Shown one piece after another: positions 61,443 through 64,000 of a stretch of 64,000 bases of DNA. Below the pieces are notes generated by a model. The model was not told the origin of the DNA and made no database searches. It saw only the letters and a program-made list of their open reading frames with translations. Position 1 is the first letter of the stretch. Every line of letters begins with the position of its first letter. The stretch is from positions 310,001-374,000 of the forward strand of contig MU008157.1 of the NCBI GenBank assembly GCA_010909165.1. Direction: 5' to 3'. The position numbers and the translations under genes are program-made. The stretch comes from Anthoceros angustus (Eukaryota > Plantae > Anthocerotophyta).

Positions 61443-63146
61443 ATGCTGGCAGTGAGCGGCATTGCAGCGTCTGTGACCCACCGCCAGGTCGGCCAAGCCT
61501 GCTGCAGCGGCAGCAGGTGCGATGGCGGCCGGGTGAGAGCCGCGGCACCGCTGGCGGGCCTCTGGCTGCCTCCCCGGAGACTGGAGGGCAAGGGCTGTGT
61601 TGCAGGTGCAGGTGCAGGTGCAGGCGCAGACGCAGACGCAGACGCAGGTGCATTGTCCAAGGCGAATGCTAGTGTGAATGTGGATGTGAATGCGGCTTCT
61701 TCCGCTGCGTGGCAGCTGCTGCTGGCGGTGGCGTCGGGGCTGGTGGCCGTGCATGGGGCTCTGGCGGACGAGGAGGAGTCCATCGTTGGGGAGAACGCCG
61801 TCAGTGCCTACGCCAGGTTGACAGCGCGGAGAGCCAGTGTGGATGCGGACGATTTCGACCTGAAGCTGCCGGAGTTCAACTTCCAGCTCCCCGAGCTCAA
61901 CTTCCAGCTCCCGGAGCTCGACTTCCAGCTCCCGGAGTTCAACTTCCAGGCTCCCGGCGTGGGCGGGGCTGTGAGCGGGGTGACGGAGTTCGTGTCCGAG
62001 AATCCCGCGGCGGTCATCGGAGGCGTCCTGGTGCTGGCCGTACCTCTGGTGGTGTTCCAGCTACTGAACAGGAAGCCGCAGCCCTTCGGGACTGTGACGG
62101 CCAAGGTTGCGTACGAGAAGCTGGGGGATGAGACCGTGGGAGGGCAGCTGGTGGATATCAGGTTGGCGGAGGATGTTCAGGCCGAGGGTACGCCGGATTT
62201 GCGAGCCTACAAGAAGAAGGTGTTCCACCTGCCGTATGTTGAGCAGGAGGAGGATGAGGAGGAGGAGGCGACTGAAGCCCTCGTGGCCAAGCTCAAGAGC
62301 AAGTTCAAGAAGCCGGAGGAGACGACGCTCTACTTTCTGGACAGGTTTGATGGCAATTCTCTGCTGCTGGCGAAGCTGGCTACGGAGAACGGGTTCCTGG
62401 CTGCCTACGCTGTGAAAGGGGGCGCTGAGGGGCCCAATGGCTGGCGCGTGGCTGATCTCCCGTGGCTGGCGCCCAGAAAGGGGTTCAAGCTGGATTTGAG
62501 CGGGTTCAAGGACGTCCTGGACAGCGCCTTCGGGCCGGAGACAGCAGCTGTGGTGCCGGCCACTTTGGGAGTGGCCGCTGCTGCGGCTGCCGGGGTGATC
62601 GTTTTCTCTGAGGCTGAAACGGCGTTGCAGCTGCTTGGCTCCGCTGCGTTGATCCAGCTGGTGGTGAAGAAGTTCCTGTTTGCTAAGGACCGGGAGCAGA
62701 CTATCTCGCAGATCAAGGAGCTGCTGGAAACGAAGGTTGCTCCCACAGCCCTGGTCGATGACATCAAGAGCATCGGCAAGGTGATAGCAGCTACGGCCGA
62801 GGAAGTGACCGTGCAAGTGGTTGGCGAGAGAGAGTCACCACCTTCCAACGGTGCCGTTATCTCAGAGGCCCCTGCGCAAGTAACAGTGGAAGCAGAAGTT
62901 GCCCCGGTGGTTGTTGAGGAGCCAGCCAGAGAAGAGGCACCTCAAGCGAAGGAGGAAGAAACCCCGGTACCAGCTGATCAAGTGGTAGCTGAAGCTTCCG
63001 AGCCTGCTCCGACGGAAGCTTCTGACCCTACCCCAACTGAAGCGTCAGAGCCTGCTCGCACTGAAGCTTCTGGGCCTGCTCCCACCAAAGCTTCTGAGCC
63101 TGCTGCTCCTGTCCAAGCTGCTTCTCCTGCCCTTGACGTCGTTTGA
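61443..63146 (+). CDS. STR4: Thylakoid rhodanese-like protein (TROL/STR4 homologue), intronless, 567 aa
   Basis: Transit peptide, hydrophobic stretch ending GALA|DEE (A-x-A), AKVAYEKLG, TTLYFLDRFDGNS, AYAVKGGAEGPNGW, ETALQLLGSAALIQL, KKFLFAKDR, TKVAP. Internal 21-bp x4 (61869-61952) and 24-bp x5 (62991-63110) repeats. Confidence 0.92.
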   Translation: MLAVSGIAASVTHRQVGQACCSGSRCDGGRVRAAAPLAGLWLPPRRLEGKGCVAGAGAGAGADADADAGALSKANASVNVDVNAASSAAWQLLLAVASGLVAVHGALADEEESIVGENAVSAYARLTARRASVDADDFDLKLPEFNFQLPELNFQLPELDFQLPEFNFQAPGVGGAVSGVTEFVSENPAAVIGGVLVLAVPLVVFQLLNRKPQPFGTVTAKVAYEKLGDETVGGQLVDIRLAEDVQAEGTPDLRAYKKKVFHLPYVEQEEDEEEEATEALVAKLKSKFKKPEETTLYFLDRFDGNSLLLAKLATENGFLAAYAVKGGAEGPNGWRVADLPWLAPRKGFKLDLSGFKDVLDSAFGPETAAVVPATLGVAAAAAAGVIVFSEAETALQLLGSAALIQLVVKKFLFAKDREQTISQIKELLETKVAPTALVDDIKSIGKVIAATAEEVTVQVVGERESPPSNGAVISEAPAQVTVEAEVAPVVVEEPAREEAPQAKEEETPVPADQVVAEASEPAPTEASDPTPTEASEPARTEASGPAPTKASEPAAPVQAASPALDVV

Positions 63147-63858
63147 TATTTGACATACAGATGCGTAGCCTCCAGCAGCTCCAGCTACTCACAGCCTGAA
63201 CCCCTTTGCAAGTTTCCACATCTTCTTCCATCGCTGGACAAGCCCTAATGGAGACACAAGAGCAGCTGTTTGGAAAGCGGGCCAACATGCCAGGATGGAG
63301 GAGCTTGTCGTCATCCGTTCCCACCACTTCTGTAATTGTATGTACAGGAAGAGTTAGGTGCATCACTACCAGTGGGACTGCATGGAGGTGACAGGGACAG
63401 TTAGAAAAGTTACAAAGGCACAAGGAGCAGCAGGTTAAACGGAGCAGAGAAGAGCTGGCAAGATAGAGAGGAGAGCAGACAGTGCGCATGGGCTTGCCAG
63501 GCAGATGATCTAGATACCTCTTGTACTCCCTAGTTTGTTCTAAAGCATGCGTGATCAAATTCGCGGGATTTATTAGCTGTGTACTTGACTGGATTTGCAG
63601 CTCGTTGTCACGAAGCATGCACAACCAACCTGCTTCACACCATACCCCAGGAAGCTTCTCACATTATACCATGCAGCACGCAATGCGGCCACACTTCACA
63701 AGGCCAGTCATCTTGTTCTGAAAAAGTATGGGTCAATGTGCCACCGTCCTCCCACTACTGGAACATTTTGAAAGAGTTTGTCACATAACTACGCTGCAAT
63801 TGTCCGAAACTTCAAATCACCGTGGATGGAGCGGTAGTCGGTTCTGAACAACAAGTTG

Positions 63859-63982
63859 TCAACAGGGGAAGTGACCGATGAACCATCGTATGACGCTGAT
63901 AGGCATTTTAATGAGCGCAATAGCAAATTCCAAGATCAACGGAATACATGCACAGCAAGGGCAGAGGCAGGCGAATATCGTC
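63859..63982 (-). CDS. Terminal exon of a TAXIMIN-like cysteine-rich peptide gene (5' exon outside the window)
   Basis: After acceptor TTGTGCAG (ends 63983) the minus strand reads (G)TIFACLCPCCACIPLILEFAIALIKMPISVIRWFIGHFPC*. This matches the TAXIMIN C-terminal pattern SC.CPCC.C...I.E.A..LIK.P..V..WF....PC as I recall it. Not in the ORF track. Confidence 0.82.
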
Positions 63983-64000
63983 CTGCACAATTTCAAAAAA

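Overview
Gene-dense nuclear DNA (about 50% GC, short introns) from a non-seed land plant. It is most consistent with a hornwort such as Anthoceros, an inference from the compact introns plus GRP-ending DYW:KP PPR genes. 1-13.3 kb is a heavily rearranged cluster of PLS-class PPR genes: a near-intact PPR-E1-E2-DYW:KP gene ending in GRP (the class linked to reverse U-to-C organellar RNA editing), a convergent decayed paralogue and fragments. These genes carry N-terminal motifs resembling the ssDNA-binding PDF motif of organellar OSB proteins, a TIR transposon in the promoter, and several microhomology-bounded tandem duplications. Downstream lie two decayed Ty1/copia elements, FIGL1, head-to-head organellar RPL9 and plastid RPL3, ABC1K6, an F-box gene plus pseudogene, VIP4/LEO1, a methylesterase with a predicted signal peptide and Ala-Pro linker, a TA-flanked MITE, ABC1K14, RPP3, a decayed RLE-type (CRE-like) non-LTR retrotransposon, a TROL/STR4 homologue and the last exon of a TAXIMIN-like peptide gene. 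Near-identical duplicates differ mainly by 1-3 nt indels, so some frameshifts are probably long-read consensus errors. All calls are by eye; no searches were run, and exon boundaries of multi-exon genes are only partly resolved.
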